Positions 45,660 through 56,946 of a DNA stretch of 64,000 nucleotides are shown here, piece after piece. Location: the NCBI GenBank assembly GCA_963665115.1, contig OY762007.1, positions 864,001 to 928,000 of the forward strand, in the 5' to 3' direction. The stretch's first letter is position 1; each line of letters begins with the position of its first letter. The notes beneath the pieces are model-generated. The model searched no databases. It was not told the DNA's origin and saw only the letters and a program-made list of their open reading frames with translations. Position numbers and translations under genes: made by a program. This DNA comes from an uncultured Rivularia sp. GTDB lineage: Bacteria > Cyanobacteriota > Cyanobacteriia > Cyanobacteriales > Nostocaceae.

Positions 45660-46590
45660 ATGAAAATCCAACCCACAGCAATCCTAGCCATATTTGTTAT
45701 CTTCCTATCCGCTTGTCAGGATTGCGATGCTAAAAAAACCTACAACTCTAACCATCTCAAACGACTACTAAAAACAAAAAAATGTCCCAAATGCGACTTA
45801 AGCGGTGCTGATTTGAGTAATGCCGATTTAGCAGGAGCTGACTTACGAGGTGCGGAATTATCAGCAGCTAAGTTAGATGGAGCCAATTTGAGTAATGCCG
45901 ATTTAACTGGTGCGGAATTGAGGTGGAGAGATGATGTTGGCGATAAAGGGAAAATGGGTATTGCAGAAATTGGTGATTTTAGCTGCAACGTTACTTATGA
46001 AGCAACGCTTATAGGAGTTAACTTACAGGGAGCTAAATTAGCTGGTGTGAATTTTTATTATTTGGATTTGAGCGGTGCTAATTTGAGTAATGCTAATTTA
46101 GAGGGAGCGAATCTTAGAGCAGCTGAAACTGGAAAAAGATAACTTAGAACGAGCTAATTTAAGAAGGGCTAATTTGAAGAGCATAGGATTAAGTAATGCT
46201 AACCTAAAAAAGGCTAATTTGACTGGTGCTAATCTTCATAATAGTAGACTATATGATGCTGATTTTACACAAGCAAATCTTAGCAGAGCTAATTTAAGTT
46301 ACGCTACAATGTTTGACACTATTTTAATAAAAGCAAAACTAAAAGGTAGTAATTTATTTAATGCCTACTTACTGAGGACTTTTCTTAAAGATACAGATTT
46401 AAACGGGGCAAATTTAAGGGATGCTAGTTTACGAAACGCCTATTTAATAGGTGCTAATTTACAAAAAATTCAATACGATTCTACAACTAAATGGATAGAT
46501 ATTTATTACGACGAAAAGACAATTTTCCCATCTGGATTTGACGAAAATATAAAAAAACAAATGCTGTTGTGGAAAGAAAATTCTAGATAG
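45660..46590 (+). CDS. Pentapeptide-repeat lipoprotein; +1 frameshift near 46126-46128
   Basis: Signal peptide with lipobox LSAC, LLKTKKCPKCDL and A(D/N)LxxA repeats. Removing one base links the two ORFs through ..ELEKDNLERANLRRANLKSIGL. Confidence 0.85.
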
Positions 46591-46682
46591 TTTCAATTTA
46601 GAAAGAAAAATAATTGTTATTATCGGTTTTATAAAAATCAAAAATTATCTATATAAACATGATGCGTTAATGCGCTCAATCA

Positions 46683-46802
46683 CCCTCACTCTAGAAGAGT
46701 GGGGCTATCGGAACAAAGCCCACCTTCGTGGGCTAAATTAGTCGTATTAGCCCACGAAGGTGGGCTTCGTAAATGTAGCCCCAGGCTTCTAGCCTGCGGG
46801 CG
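46683..46802. repeat. Inverted REP doublet, possible bidirectional terminator
   Basis: aagcccaccttcgtgggctaa-N-ttagcccacgaaggtgggctt between convergent genes. Confidence 0.75.
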
Positions 46803-46832
46803 ATTAAGTTGTTTAAGAGAATTCGCAATTAC

Positions 46833-47858
46833 CTAATACCGAATCCTCGGATCTACATAAGCATTCAAAATATCAATCAAAATACTCGCTCCAACAACAA
46901 TTGTCCCGAAAAATATCATGATTCCCTGCACGGTGGGATAATCCCTTTCGCTAATTCCCTGAAACAATCTATTCGCTAATCCCGGCCAAGAAAATGTTAC
47001 TTCGGTTAAAACGGCTCCACCAAGTAACGATGCAAAAGTTAATCCCAAAACCGTAATCACGGGAATCAATGCATTTCTCAAAGCATGAGAAAACAATATC
47101 TTTCTTTCTTGAATCCCTCTCGCTCTTGCTGCTTCCACATAATCCGACTGCATGGTTTGCTGTAAATTAACCCGCACAATCCGCTCGAAAATACCGCTGA
47201 GTAATATTCCCAAGGTACAGCAAGGCAATATCAGATATTGTATAGCTGTAAAAAACTGACCAAAATTACCGCTTAAAAGACTATCTATTGTATATAAACC
47301 AGTAAAACCTTCTGGAGAACCCATAGTTGCTGGAAAACGAGTTCCCAAAGGAAACCAACCCAACCAAACGGCGAAGATTAACTGTAGTATCATTCCCGCC
47401 CAAAACATTGGCAGAGCATAAGTAATAGTACCGAACAATCTTCCGCCCAAATCCAGCGCTGTACCCGGACGAGAAGCTGAAATAGTACCAACACCAATAC
47501 CAACAACCAGAGCAACTATAATCGCAAATATTGCTAATTCTGCCGTTGCTGGGAAATACTGCCAAATAATCTCCCAAACTTTCTGTCCGCGACTAGTTGT
47601 AGATTCGCCCATATCGAAGACAAGCAATTTACCTAAATAATTAAAATATTGCAGCCACAAAGGTAAATCTAAACCTAATTGCGTCCGTAATTCTTCCTTC
47701 GCACTTTCCGGCGCACGTCCACCTAAAATAGCATCAACCGGATCTCCAGGAGTCGCTCTTAGTAATAGGAAAACGATAGTAACAATAGTCAGAATTTGCA
47801 GCGGAGCCAGCAACAAACGAGTAGTAACGTAATACGCTAAAGCTTTTGAACGGGACAT
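46833..47858 (-). CDS. Peptide/nickel ABC transporter permease (DppB-like)
   Basis: PGDP, FPATAEL, DYVEAARARG..HALRNA and TEVTFSWPG. Confidence 0.92.
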   Translation of the reverse strand: MSRSKALAYYVTTRLLLAPLQILTIVTIVFLLLRATPGDPVDAILGGRAPESAKEELRTQLGLDLPLWLQYFNYLGKLLVFDMGESTTSRGQKVWEIIWQYFPATAELAIFAIIVALVVGIGVGTISASRPGTALDLGGRLFGTITYALPMFWAGMILQLIFAVWLGWFPLGTRFPATMGSPEGFTGLYTIDSLLSGNFGQFFTAIQYLILPCCTLGILLSGIFERIVRVNLQQTMQSDYVEAARARGIQERKILFSHALRNALIPVITVLGLTFASLLGGAVLTEVTFSWPGLANRLFQGISERDYPTVQGIMIFFGTIVVGASILIDILNAYVDPRIRY

Positions 47859-47874
47859 GATTTAAATTATATAA

Positions 47875-47920
47875 ATGGGCATGGGGCATTGGGCATTGGG
47901 CATTGGGCATTGGGCATTGG
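47875..47920. repeat. STRR heptamer (GGGCATT)n
   Basis: About 6 copies; complementary array at about 48128-48166. Confidence 0.85.
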
Positions 47921-48168
47921 TAATTGGATACTTATTTTTTGAAAATATTAATTGGTTATCTGGCGTTATATGTAAAGGGAGCAAGATGCTCCCACTACGA
48001 TATATTTAAATATTCCAATTTTATTCAGTCCTCTTTTAGAGGACTTTCGCTATTAGACGGCGGTTTGCAACCGTCGGCGAGATGGGGTTTTACGAAATGA
48101 AAAAATATTGAGAAAAATAAATTTTCTCATTCCCAATGCCCAATCCCCCATGCCCAATTCCCAATTCT

Positions 48169-49807
48169 TTATTTCTTAATATTCCGATATATCAAATTTT
48201 GGGTAGCATCTAATCCCACACCAGTAATTCCGTTTTGAGCAAATACATAATCTTTACTTTGCCATAAAGGAACGTAAGGTACTTCTTTAGCTAATATTTC
48301 TTGAATTTCTGCAAAGATTTGCTTCCGTTTTTCAGGATCTTGTTCTTCTCGTTCTTCCTTAATTAATTGGTTCATTTGCTGACTGTAGAAGAAAGAACCT
48401 TGACTCTGACTTCCTCCTTCAATGCATCCTTTTTCTACAGAACCTTTTTCACAAGATAAAAATGGCTGAATATAATTATCTGCATCTAAATAATCGGGAT
48501 ACCAATCGAGTAAAAATGCTGGATATAAACCTTTACGAATGTTTTTGAAAGCGGATGTCGATTCTACTGTATTAACATCAAATACCAGCATTCCATCCAT
48601 TGTTTTCTTCGCAATAGCTTTCAACACCAAAGCTGTTAAACTACGAGTTGCCGAACTTGAAGGATACCAAATTTCTACTACTGCGGGATTATCTTTAGAA
48701 AAACCTGCTTTTTTCAATAATTCTTTGGCTCTTTCGGAATTCCCTCCTTTACCGTATTTTTCTTTAAATACTGGTTTGTAAACATCAAAGGTTGTCGGAA
48801 TCATACTATAAACTTCTTCTGCTTGACCGTATAATACCCTGTCATATATTAATTTACGGTCAATCATTGCGGCGATCGCCTGTCTCACTTCGGGTATATC
48901 TAAGGGTTTTTGGTTGCGGTTGAGCGTCAAATAACTAACCACGCTACCTTCGTTGGGAATTGCTAACCATTTACCTTCCCTTGACATTTTTTCCAAACTG
49001 GTAATTTGGTCTGGATCTAAAGCAACGTAAGCAACATCTACGCCTTGTTTGCGGAAATTATTGTACAAATTCACTCCACTGCTAAGAATCTGCACGGTAA
49101 CGCCATTATTAGCGGGTTTTTCTCCCCAATATTTCTCGAATACATCAAATATCAGCGAATCTGTGCCAAATTTAGTTAATTTATAAGGGCCAGTTCCAAT
49201 AAACTTATTTGGCTCAAACTTCCCTTCACCTATTTCATAAGCTTCGGGAGAAAGCGCGGGAAACTCCAGCAAAAGCCAGCAATGAAGTAAATGCTGCAAA
49301 GGGCTGTTTTAATTTAATTGTTAATTCATATTCTCCCGTGGCTTTGAGTGACTCCACGCTATCGGAGAGTAAGAAAGATGGCTTACCTTTATTTTCGATA
49401 AAGCGACGCAAACTAAACTCCATAGCCTTTGCATCGAACTTCGTACCGTCGTGAAAAACCACACCTTCACGTATAGGAATAGTATAAGTTAAACCATCAT
49501 CGCTAACTGTAGGTAACGCCGTAGCCAATTCCGGCTTAATTTCGGTACTTCCAGGTGGGTAAGTGTAAAGGCGATCGCTCATGTTGTAAACCAGCGCAAG
49601 CGAAGCTAATTCGTAAGCATCTGCCGGATCGAGAGTACGCGGTTTTGCCGTTGTACCGATAGTAATCCGACCATTTCCAGAAGCAGAAGCTGACGGATTA
49701 ACCCGATTGCTAGCACAACTAGAAACCAGCAAAACACACATACATAACAGGGAGAATAACAATCTAATTCGCCCCCACTGTCTTACAGATAAGGAAAACA
49801 AACTCAT
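48169..49807 (-). CDS. Peptide ABC transporter substrate-binding lipoprotein (SBP family 5); +1 frameshift near 49258-49263
   Basis: Lipobox VSSC; TLDPA, FHDGTKFDA, IGTGPYKL, VRQAIA and WYPDYLD motifs. Confidence 0.9.
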
Positions 49808-50214
49808 AACATTAAGTATTAGATTGGTAAATAAAAATAAGCGGTGAGATATTTTACTATATGTTTGGCAATATCTCTACGTTTATTTCAGGTTAAAAGT
49901 TAGGAGTTAGAAATTAGTTATTTTTCCCTTAGTCCCTAATCCCCAAATTTCCAAATAAAAAATATTAAAAGCAAAAAAACCAAAGAAATTTATCTTAAAC
50001 TACTAATTTGATGGCAAGAGGTTTGATAAGCTTTCCTCGGGTCTTAGTTTTAGATTGAAACTGTATGAGTAGTGGTTGAGAAGTCGCCTCGTCAGTAAAA
50101 TGGGCGTGCAAATACAAATTAATACTGGGTTCTAGGGAGCAAAGGCAGCGATCGCCCCAAACCTTTGACCTCTCTCTTTGACCTGTTATTTAACTCTTGA
50201 TTGGGATATTAAAC

Positions 50215-50550
50215 GTGAAATATTTTTTCTTGTCCGATGGTTGGAAGATCGGTAGAGTATGGGCTTTTGATGGACTGTGGCAAGTATCAGCATGGCGAAG
50301 ACATCCAGAAATTGAACGATTAAATCTTTGCCTGGTGGAAGACGAGGAGGTGATGTGGCTTTATCAAGTTGAAGAAGCTATTGTCACAGTGGAAGTTCAA
50401 CCAGTATTATCTGTACCCAGAGACACACCACTTCAAAATATCGGTCAAGTCGTTTTAAAGCGTCTCATTAGCGCCGAACAGGTGATTGAACGTTTGGGAA
50501 ATGCTTCTGCTAAATGCCTATTGCAAGATATGCACTCAGTTGTAAAGTGA
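50215..50550 (+). CDS. Hypothetical protein (probably conserved in cyanobacteria)
   Basis: Clean ORF with a protein-like sequence (KYFFLSDGW..GRVW..GQVVLKRLISAEQV); GTG start at 50215. Confidence 0.7.
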   Translation: MKYFFLSDGWKIGRVWAFDGLWQVSAWRRHPEIERLNLCLVEDEEVMWLYQVEEAIVTVEVQPVLSVPRDTPLQNIGQVVLKRLISAEQVIERLGNASAKCLLQDMHSVVK

Positions 50551-51414
50551 CAAGGGAACGCCGGATCTGGGAACAGGGAAAGGTTATATAACTAAGCTGT
50601 AAATATATACATAATGCAGGCTTGAGTACTTCATTGGGTGCATCATCAAATCCCCTTCATTGAAAATCTTTTTGCTTCTTCTTAAAAGAAGAAGGCTATC
50701 CAAAATTAAATAGCTAAGAAAGGAGATTTCGCGATCTCAAACATTTTTAGTTTTTTATACATTACTTTAAGTAAAAATACTTTTATTAAACATAATTATA
50801 TAAAATTGTTTTTTTATGAGAGAAGTGATGAAAAATAACACTTCTATAGGCTACATCGACTCATATTAGAAGTTACTTTTAAGTATTATCATATTTGCTG
50901 CTGTTACCATATATCGGTATCAAGGCTGCTGTTAACACTCTTGCAAACAGTTCCATCAATAGTTAAAATTTTTAACAATCTTGACTTTTACTGTCTCACA
51001 TCTCACCCTCCTCGGGGAATGTGAGATCGGAGTGGAGGTAGAATTTATAGTATATATAGTATGTGGGTATAACCCAATAAATGCTTACCGCAGCCCACAA
51101 ACTCAAAAAACAAATCCGATCAAAAGACCGTGGGGCACACGGCTTTAAAGCTCAGTAAATGTCCTCATAAAGGAGTCACTGAGAAGCCTAAATCATAATG
51201 ATCTATGGTTTGATGAAGGTATGTCACAACATTCTCATTTTCACATGGCAATTTAGACCTATATGAAAATAATTTCATTAATGGGTTGTACCGTGTTAAA
51301 AGACTGCGTTTCTTTTTTATTAAGACGCGCTTAGTGCGAAAATCAAGTTTGCTAATAACAAAAACCCATTCCGAAAAGTTTGTAAACATAATTCATCTAG
51401 GAGGAGCGTAGTCA

Positions 51415-52944
51415 ATGGGACTACCCTGGTACCGAGTACATACAGTCGTTCTGAACGATCCAGGACGGCTTATTTCTGTACATTTAATGCACACAGCCTT
51501 GGTAGCTGGCTGGGCTGGTTCGATGGCTTTATACGAACTAGCTATTTTCGATCCTTCAGACGCTGTACTAAACCCAATGTGGCGACAAGGGATGTTTGTA
51601 CTTCCCTTCATGGCACGTTTAGGAGTTGTCGAATCTTGGGGCGGTTGGAGCGTTACTGGCAATCCTACTGGCGACCCTGGTTTTTGGTCTTTTGAAGGTG
51701 TAGCAGCAGCTCACATCGTTCTTTCTGGTTTGTTGTTCTTAGCTGCCGTTTGGCACTGGGTTTATTGGGATTTGGAATTATTCCAAGATCCTCGTACTGG
51801 CGAACCTGCTTTGGATTTACCAAAAATGTTTGGTATCCACCTTTTCTTATCCGGTCTTCTTTGCTTCGGTTTTGGTGCTTTCCACCTCACCGGCTTATTT
51901 GGCCCAGGAATGTGGATTTCTGACCCTTATGGATTAACGGGTCACATTGAAGCAGTAGCCCCGGAATGGGGACCGGCGGGTTTTAACCCGTTCAACCCTG
52001 GTGGAGTTGTAGCTCACCACATCGCTGCTGGTATTGTCGGAATTATTGCTGGTTTGTTCCACTTGACTGTACGACCACCCGAAAGGCTTTATAAAGCACT
52101 ACGGATGGGTAACATCGAAACCGTACTTTCAAGTTCCATTGCAGCAGTATTTTTTGCAGCATTCGTAGTTGCCGGTACCATGTGGTACGGTAGCGCCACA
52201 ACTCCAGTAGAATTATTTGGCCCAACTCGCTATCAATGGGACCAAAATTATTATCATCAAGAAATTGACCGTCGCGTTCAAGCTAGTCTTGCTAATGGTG
52301 AAAGTTTAGATCAAGCTTGGTCGAGAATACCTGAAAAACTTGCGTTCTTCGACTACGTTGGTAATAGCCCCGCAAAAGGTGGTTTATTCCGTACTGGTCA
52401 AATGAACAAAGGTGCGGGGATAGCGGAATCTTGGTTGGGACACCCAGTATTCAAAGATGGTGAAGGTCGCGTATTAGATGTACGTCGTCTTCCTAACTTC
52501 TTTGAAACATTCCCCGTGATTCTCACCGATGCTGATAATGTTATCCGCGCTGATATTCCCTTCCGTCGTGCAGAATCCAAGTACAGTTTCGAGCAAACTG
52601 GTGTAACTGTAAGCTTCTACGGTGGAGATTTAAATGGTCAAACATTTGATGACCCCGTAAAAGTTAAGGAATATGCTCGTAAAGCTCAATTGGGCGAACC
52701 GTTTGAATTCGATACCGAAACCTTGAACTCTGACGGTGTATTCCGTACCAGTCCTAGAGGTTGGTTTACATACGGACACGCTGTATTCGCATTATTGTTC
52801 TTCTTCGGTCACATTTGGCATGGTTCTCGGACAATTTACCGAGATGTATTTGCTGGTGTTGATGCAGACCTCGAAGAACAAGTGGAATGGGGTAGATTCG
52901 CCAAAGTTGGTGACAAAACTACTCGTACAAGAGAAACCGCTTAA
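51415..52944 (+). CDS. psbB: Photosystem II CP47 protein
   Basis: [26 protein letters not shown]...; 509 aa; AGGAG RBS. Confidence 0.99.
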   Translation: MGLPWYRVHTVVLNDPGRLISVHLMHTALVAGWAGSMALYELAIFDPSDAVLNPMWRQGMFVLPFMARLGVVESWGGWSVTGNPTGDPGFWSFEGVAAAHIVLSGLLFLAAVWHWVYWDLELFQDPRTGEPALDLPKMFGIHLFLSGLLCFGFGAFHLTGLFGPGMWISDPYGLTGHIEAVAPEWGPAGFNPFNPGGVVAHHIAAGIVGIIAGLFHLTVRPPERLYKALRMGNIETVLSSSIAAVFFAAFVVAGTMWYGSATTPVELFGPTRYQWDQNYYHQEIDRRVQASLANGESLDQAWSRIPEKLAFFDYVGNSPAKGGLFRTGQMNKGAGIAESWLGHPVFKDGEGRVLDVRRLPNFFETFPVILTDADNVIRADIPFRRAESKYSFEQTGVTVSFYGGDLNGQTFDDPVKVKEYARKAQLGEPFEFDTETLNSDGVFRTSPRGWFTYGHAVFALLFFFGHIWHGSRTIYRDVFAGVDADLEEQVEWGRFAKVGDKTTRTRETA

Positions 52945-53094
52945 TTACGTTTTAAGCGCCTCTAAGTAAAGAAATGTTAAAAATGGTCGCAAAATAAAAC
53001 TAAAAATCATTATTTGGCTTATTTGCGCGACCATTACCTCCTGTAGCTTGGTACACTAAGATTGCAGGCTGACAGTCAGCAGGAATTTAAAGAT

Positions 53095-53202
53095 ATGGAA
53101 AGCGTTGCATACATTTTGATTTTGGCCCTAGCGATCGGCACCCTGTTTTTTGCGATCGCCTTTCGCGAACCTCCTCGGATTGAAAATAAAGAGGAAAAAT
53201 AA
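53095..53202 (+). CDS. psbT: Photosystem II reaction center protein T (not in the ORF track)
   Basis: Manual translation gives MESVAYILILALAIGTLFFAIAFREPPRIENKEEK*. Confidence 0.97.
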   Translation: MESVAYILILALAIGTLFFAIAFREPPRIENKEEK

Positions 53203-53259
53203 GAAAACATTTTGTTAATGCCGAAATTTGCGGCAAAATACAAAAATACAAATTATGAT

Positions 53260-53304
53260 TAACCGCTGCTACCGATATTTAAGGGATAGCAGCGGTTATT
53301 TTTA
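53260..53304 (+). terminator. Terminator-like hairpin after psbT
   Basis: taaccgctgcta...tagcagcggtta stem followed by a T-run. Confidence 0.7.
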
Positions 53305-53662
53305 TATTTAGACAGAGGGGGGATGGGGAGATTCTTTAAGTAGAGAGTAGAGAGTAGCAAGTAAGGAATGGTTGAGCAGCCCGGTTGAGAATAAGAATTA
53401 TTTGTAATTTACTTTCTACTTCCTACTCCCTACTCCTTACTTATTTCCAACTCCCAATCTAAAATTTATTTGAGTATTAACGGTACAAAAAGTATTCATA
53501 TTTGATATAATTTATAATCTGAAAGTTGATGTGTGTTTAATCAGCTTTTCTGCGCTAGGATAATATTGGATATAAGTGTGAAGTGCCAAAACGAGGCGAT
53601 TGGATATACATCGCTAGGAGGCAAAAAAATTTTACGGAGAATAAAACCAGGAAACATAAAGC

Positions 53663-54899
53663 ATGGTAAATGTCAATCAGAAACCAACCAATGATATTGG
53701 GTTTACACACGACGATTTCGCGGCTTTACTTGATAAATACGATTATCACTTCAGCCCAGGGGATATAGTTCCAGGTACAGTTTTTAGTTTAGAGCCGCGC
53801 GGCGCTCTGATTGACATTGGTGCTAAAACGGCAGCATATATACCTATACAAGAAATGTCAATTAACCGGGTGGATAACCCGGAAGAAGTATTACAATCTA
53901 ACGAAACACGGGAGTTTTACATTCTCAGCGATGAGAATGAAGAAGGTCAGTTAACTCTTTCTATTCGCCGTATTGAGTATATGCGGGCTTGGGAACGGGT
54001 ACGTCAGCTGCAAACAGAGGATGCCACCGTGCGTTCCGGCGTATTCGCAACAAACCGTGGTGGAGCATTAGTACGAATTGAAGGATTACGTGGCTTTATT
54101 CCCGGTTTCTCATATAAGTACTCGCAAACCAAAAGAAGATTTGGTCGGCGAAGAACTACCATTAAAATTCTTAGAAGTAGACGAAGAGCGTAACCGACTC
54201 GTATTGTCTCATCGTCGGGCACTGGTTGAGCGTAAGATGAATCGCTTGGAAGTAGGCGAAGTTGTAATCGGTACAGTTCGCGGAATCAAGCCTTACGGTG
54301 CCTTTATCGATATTGGCGGTGTAAGCGGTTTGCTACACATCTCCGAAATTTCTCACGAGCATATTGATACACCCCACAGCGTATTCAATGTCAATGATGA
54401 ATTGAAAGTCATGATTATTGACTTGGATGCGGAAAGAGGTAGAATTTCACTTTCTACCAAGCAGCTTGAACCCGAACCTGGCGACATGATCAAGAACCGG
54501 GATGCGGTATTTGAGAAAGCAGAAGAAATGGCTGCTAAATTCCGCGAACAGTTGTTAGCTAAGGAACAAGGTATTACTCCTGAAGCTGCACCAGCTGCGG
54601 TAGAAGAATCACCAGCAGAAACTGAAGCAACCGTCGAGGAAGCAACCGTCGAGGAAGCACCTTCCTCAGAAGTTGAAGCAACCGTCGAGGAAGCACCTTC
54701 CTCAGAAGTTGAAGCAACCGTCGAGGAAGCACCTTCCTCAGAAGTTGAAGCAACCGTCGAGGAAGCACCTTCCTCAGAAGCTGAAGCAACCGTCGAGGAA
54801 GCACCTTCCTCAGAAGCTGAAGTTCAATCAGAAGCACCAGCAGAAACTGAAGTTCAAAATGAAACTCAAGAGGAAGTTGCAGCGGCTGTCGAAGAATAA
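53663..54899 (+). CDS. rpsA: 30S ribosomal protein S1; +1 frameshift at 54106-54108; acidic repetitive tail
   Basis: FAALLDKYDYHFSPGDIV and three S1 domains; the corrected junction is GFIPGSHISTRKPKE. Confidence 0.95.
54639..54818 (+). repeat. Five 36-bp coding tandem repeats (EATVEEAPSSE[V/A])
   Basis: gaagcaaccgtcgaggaagcaccttcctcagaag(t/c)t x5. Confidence 0.95.
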
Positions 54900-54950
54900 T
54901 GGATTTATCGTTATAGACGCTTATAACAGTTTAGAGTTTTGTAAATTATT

Positions 54951-54975
54951 AAAGAGGGGGAACCCTCTTTTTTTA
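54951..54975 (+). terminator. Rho-independent terminator after rps1
   Basis: aaagaggg-ggaa-ccctcttt plus T-run; followed by (GGTAATA)x6 at 54979-55020. Confidence 0.75.
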
Positions 54976-55060
54976 TTGGGTAATAGGTAATAGGTAATAG
55001 GTAATAGGTAATAGGTAATATCTAAAAACCTTTTCTTCCTACTCCCTACTCCTTGCTACT

Positions 55061-56113
55061 TCAATTCAACGAAACCAATTGCGATTCGATATCAGAAGAC
55101 TTCAAATCCTTACCGATAAAAACCAAACGAGTTTGTCTTGCTTCTTCAGGTTTCCAAGCCCTATCGTAAAATTGTTCAAAGCGATTTCCAACACCTTGCA
55201 TTACCAAACGCATCGATTTATCTGGTACGGCAACAAAACCCTTAATGCGGAAAATTTCTTGTTGTTGTACCAAAGTTTGTAACTGCTGCTTCAGCTTTTG
55301 AGGTTCAAAAGTACGGTTTAGAACTACATGATGAGAAGTAATTTCATCATCGTGTTCGTGTTCTTCTTCAAAGTCATGATGGGAAGGACGTTTATCTAAA
55401 TTGTCTTCAACAGCGGCTTCCAAACCTAATAATATAGACGAATCAACTTCGCTTTGATGACTTTCAATAATTTTCACAACTCGTGGTAATTCTTCCTTAA
55501 CTAAATTTATAACTTCAGCTAAGGTTTTTTCATCCACCAAATCCGTTTTATTTAACACCACCAAATCTGCACAAGCAAGCTGATCTTCAAACAGTTCTTG
55601 CAAAGGTGTTTCGTGTTCCAAACTATCATCAGCTTGCCGTTGCGATTCTACCGCTTCCAAATCGCTAGCAAAAGTTCCAGCCGCAACCGCTTCACTATCC
55701 ACCACGGTAATTACAGAATCAACTGTAGCAGCATTGCGAATTTCCTGCCAGCGAAAAGCTTTTACCAACGGTTTTGGTAAAGCCAAACCAGAAGTTTCAA
55801 TTAAAATGCAGTCGATGCTGTCTCGTCGTTTAATTAACTGCTGCATCGTTGGTAAAAACTCTTCTTGAACCGTGCAGCAAAGGCAACCGTTGGTTAATTC
55901 GTAGATATTATTATCATTATTGCTCTCTTCTTCCCCTTCCGGGCAAACTTGACAAGATTGTAGTAATTCCCCATCAATACCAAGTTCGCCAAATTCATTG
56001 ACAATAACAGCGATGCGTCTTCCTTGATTATTTTGTAGTAAATTACGAATTAAAGTAGTTTTTCCACTACCTAAAAAACCTGTGATAACAGTAACGGGGA
56101 TTTTTGCAGCCAT
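55061..56113 (-). CDS. cobW: Cobalamin biosynthesis GTPase CobW
   Basis: TGFLGSGKTT, NEFG, GCLCCTVQEEF, ETSGLALPKPL and His-rich SHHD..HEHDD. Confidence 0.93.
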   Translation of the reverse strand: MAAKIPVTVITGFLGSGKTTLIRNLLQNNQGRRIAVIVNEFGELGIDGELLQSCQVCPEGEEESNNDNNIYELTNGCLCCTVQEEFLPTMQQLIKRRDSIDCILIETSGLALPKPLVKAFRWQEIRNAATVDSVITVVDSEAVAAGTFASDLEAVESQRQADDSLEHETPLQELFEDQLACADLVVLNKTDLVDEKTLAEVINLVKEELPRVVKIIESHQSEVDSSILLGLEAAVEDNLDKRPSHHDFEEEHEHDDEITSHHVVLNRTFEPQKLKQQLQTLVQQQEIFRIKGFVAVPDKSMRLVMQGVGNRFEQFYDRAWKPEEARQTRLVFIGKDLKSSDIESQLVSLN

Positions 56114-56227
56114 GTGTATAAAAAGCTTTGTGTATCGGTGTTTGGAGCGTTTAGGGTATTGTTATTTTACGATGAAACGGTATATGAAATAGCAAAACTT
56201 TATAAAATGCCAAGACGAACGAATAAT

Positions 56228-56356
56228 ATGCCAAAACGTATTATCACGGAAATTTCCCAGGAGCAAGAAGCGATGCTTCCGAGCTATCGGGAAAAATGGC
56301 GATCGCTTTCAATATCCACCGAATTTATATATACCCAGAGAGAAAAAATGGAATGA
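56228..56356 (+). pseudogene. 5' remnant of a DUF6745-like gene
   Basis: MPKRIITEISQEQEAMLPSYREKWRSLSISTE resembles the recalled N-terminus (LTPEQEALIPVYREKWR..ALST) of a family of longer cyanobacterial proteins; it stops after 42 aa. Confidence 0.5.
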
Positions 56357-56931
56357 ACGAGTTTAGATACGTTATTGGGGCAAAAAGGGAAGTTAGGGAA
56401 GGTTTAATTTTCTGGGCTAAAAAAGCTAGAGAATATACTAATACTTATTATCAAGGAGATGAAGAAAACGCCAAAGGAACTAAATTCTATCAAAGTATCT
56501 TGAAAACCAGGCAAATGATAGATAGTTTATTAGAGAAAGAAGATGGTTTTAGAAGCGTAATTGATGATCAAAATTTATTAGCTTCCGTGTGCATTATTCA
56601 AGAAACATCAATTTTGATTGATGAGCAACTAACAGATTGTATAGAAATAGAAGGTATTGCTAACAGCCCTTGGAATACAATCAAGTATTCACTACCAGAG
56701 AAAAGAAAAGGGGCAGCTACATCACTAGTTGAAAGTATAATCAAAGAAAGTCGAAAAAGCGGATTAAGCGAAATATTAAAGCTGCTGGCGATACCAGATG
56801 CGAAAAGTTTTTACAGTGATTTAGGTTTTGAAGAAGTTAATGGCTCTGGAGAAATGAGAATGAACTCTAATGCAGCATCAATGCTTCTCCTCGACCTTGA
56901 GCAAAAAAGAAATTCCACAGCTTTTGATTAA
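56353..56931 (+). CDS. GNAT family acetyltransferase (putative toxin)
   Basis: IEIEGIANSPWN..RKGAATSLV..LLAIPDAKSFYSDLGF resembles GNAT motifs A/B; ATG 56353 overlaps the upstream stop (ATGA). Confidence 0.7.
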   Translation: MNEFRYVIGAKREVREGLIFWAKKAREYTNTYYQGDEENAKGTKFYQSILKTRQMIDSLLEKEDGFRSVIDDQNLLASVCIIQETSILIDEQLTDCIEIEGIANSPWNTIKYSLPEKRKGAATSLVESIIKESRKSGLSEILKLLAIPDAKSFYSDLGFEEVNGSGEMRMNSNAASMLLLDLEQKRNSTAFD

Positions 56932-56946
56932 AAAAGATTTAAGCAT

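Noticed and set aside
54639..54818. 36-bp repeats as a CRISPR array
   Set aside because: The units are contiguous with no spacers, lie in frame within rps1, and no cas genes are nearby.
12328..54899. Programmed frameshifting or true pseudogenisation of the split genes
   Set aside because: The same +1 pattern occurs in unrelated and essential genes, with no shared slippery motif and no other decay; sequencing error is more parsimonious.
56114..56227. Cobalamin riboswitch upstream of cobW
   Set aside because: The spacer is only about 115 bp and no B12-box-like sequence was recognised.
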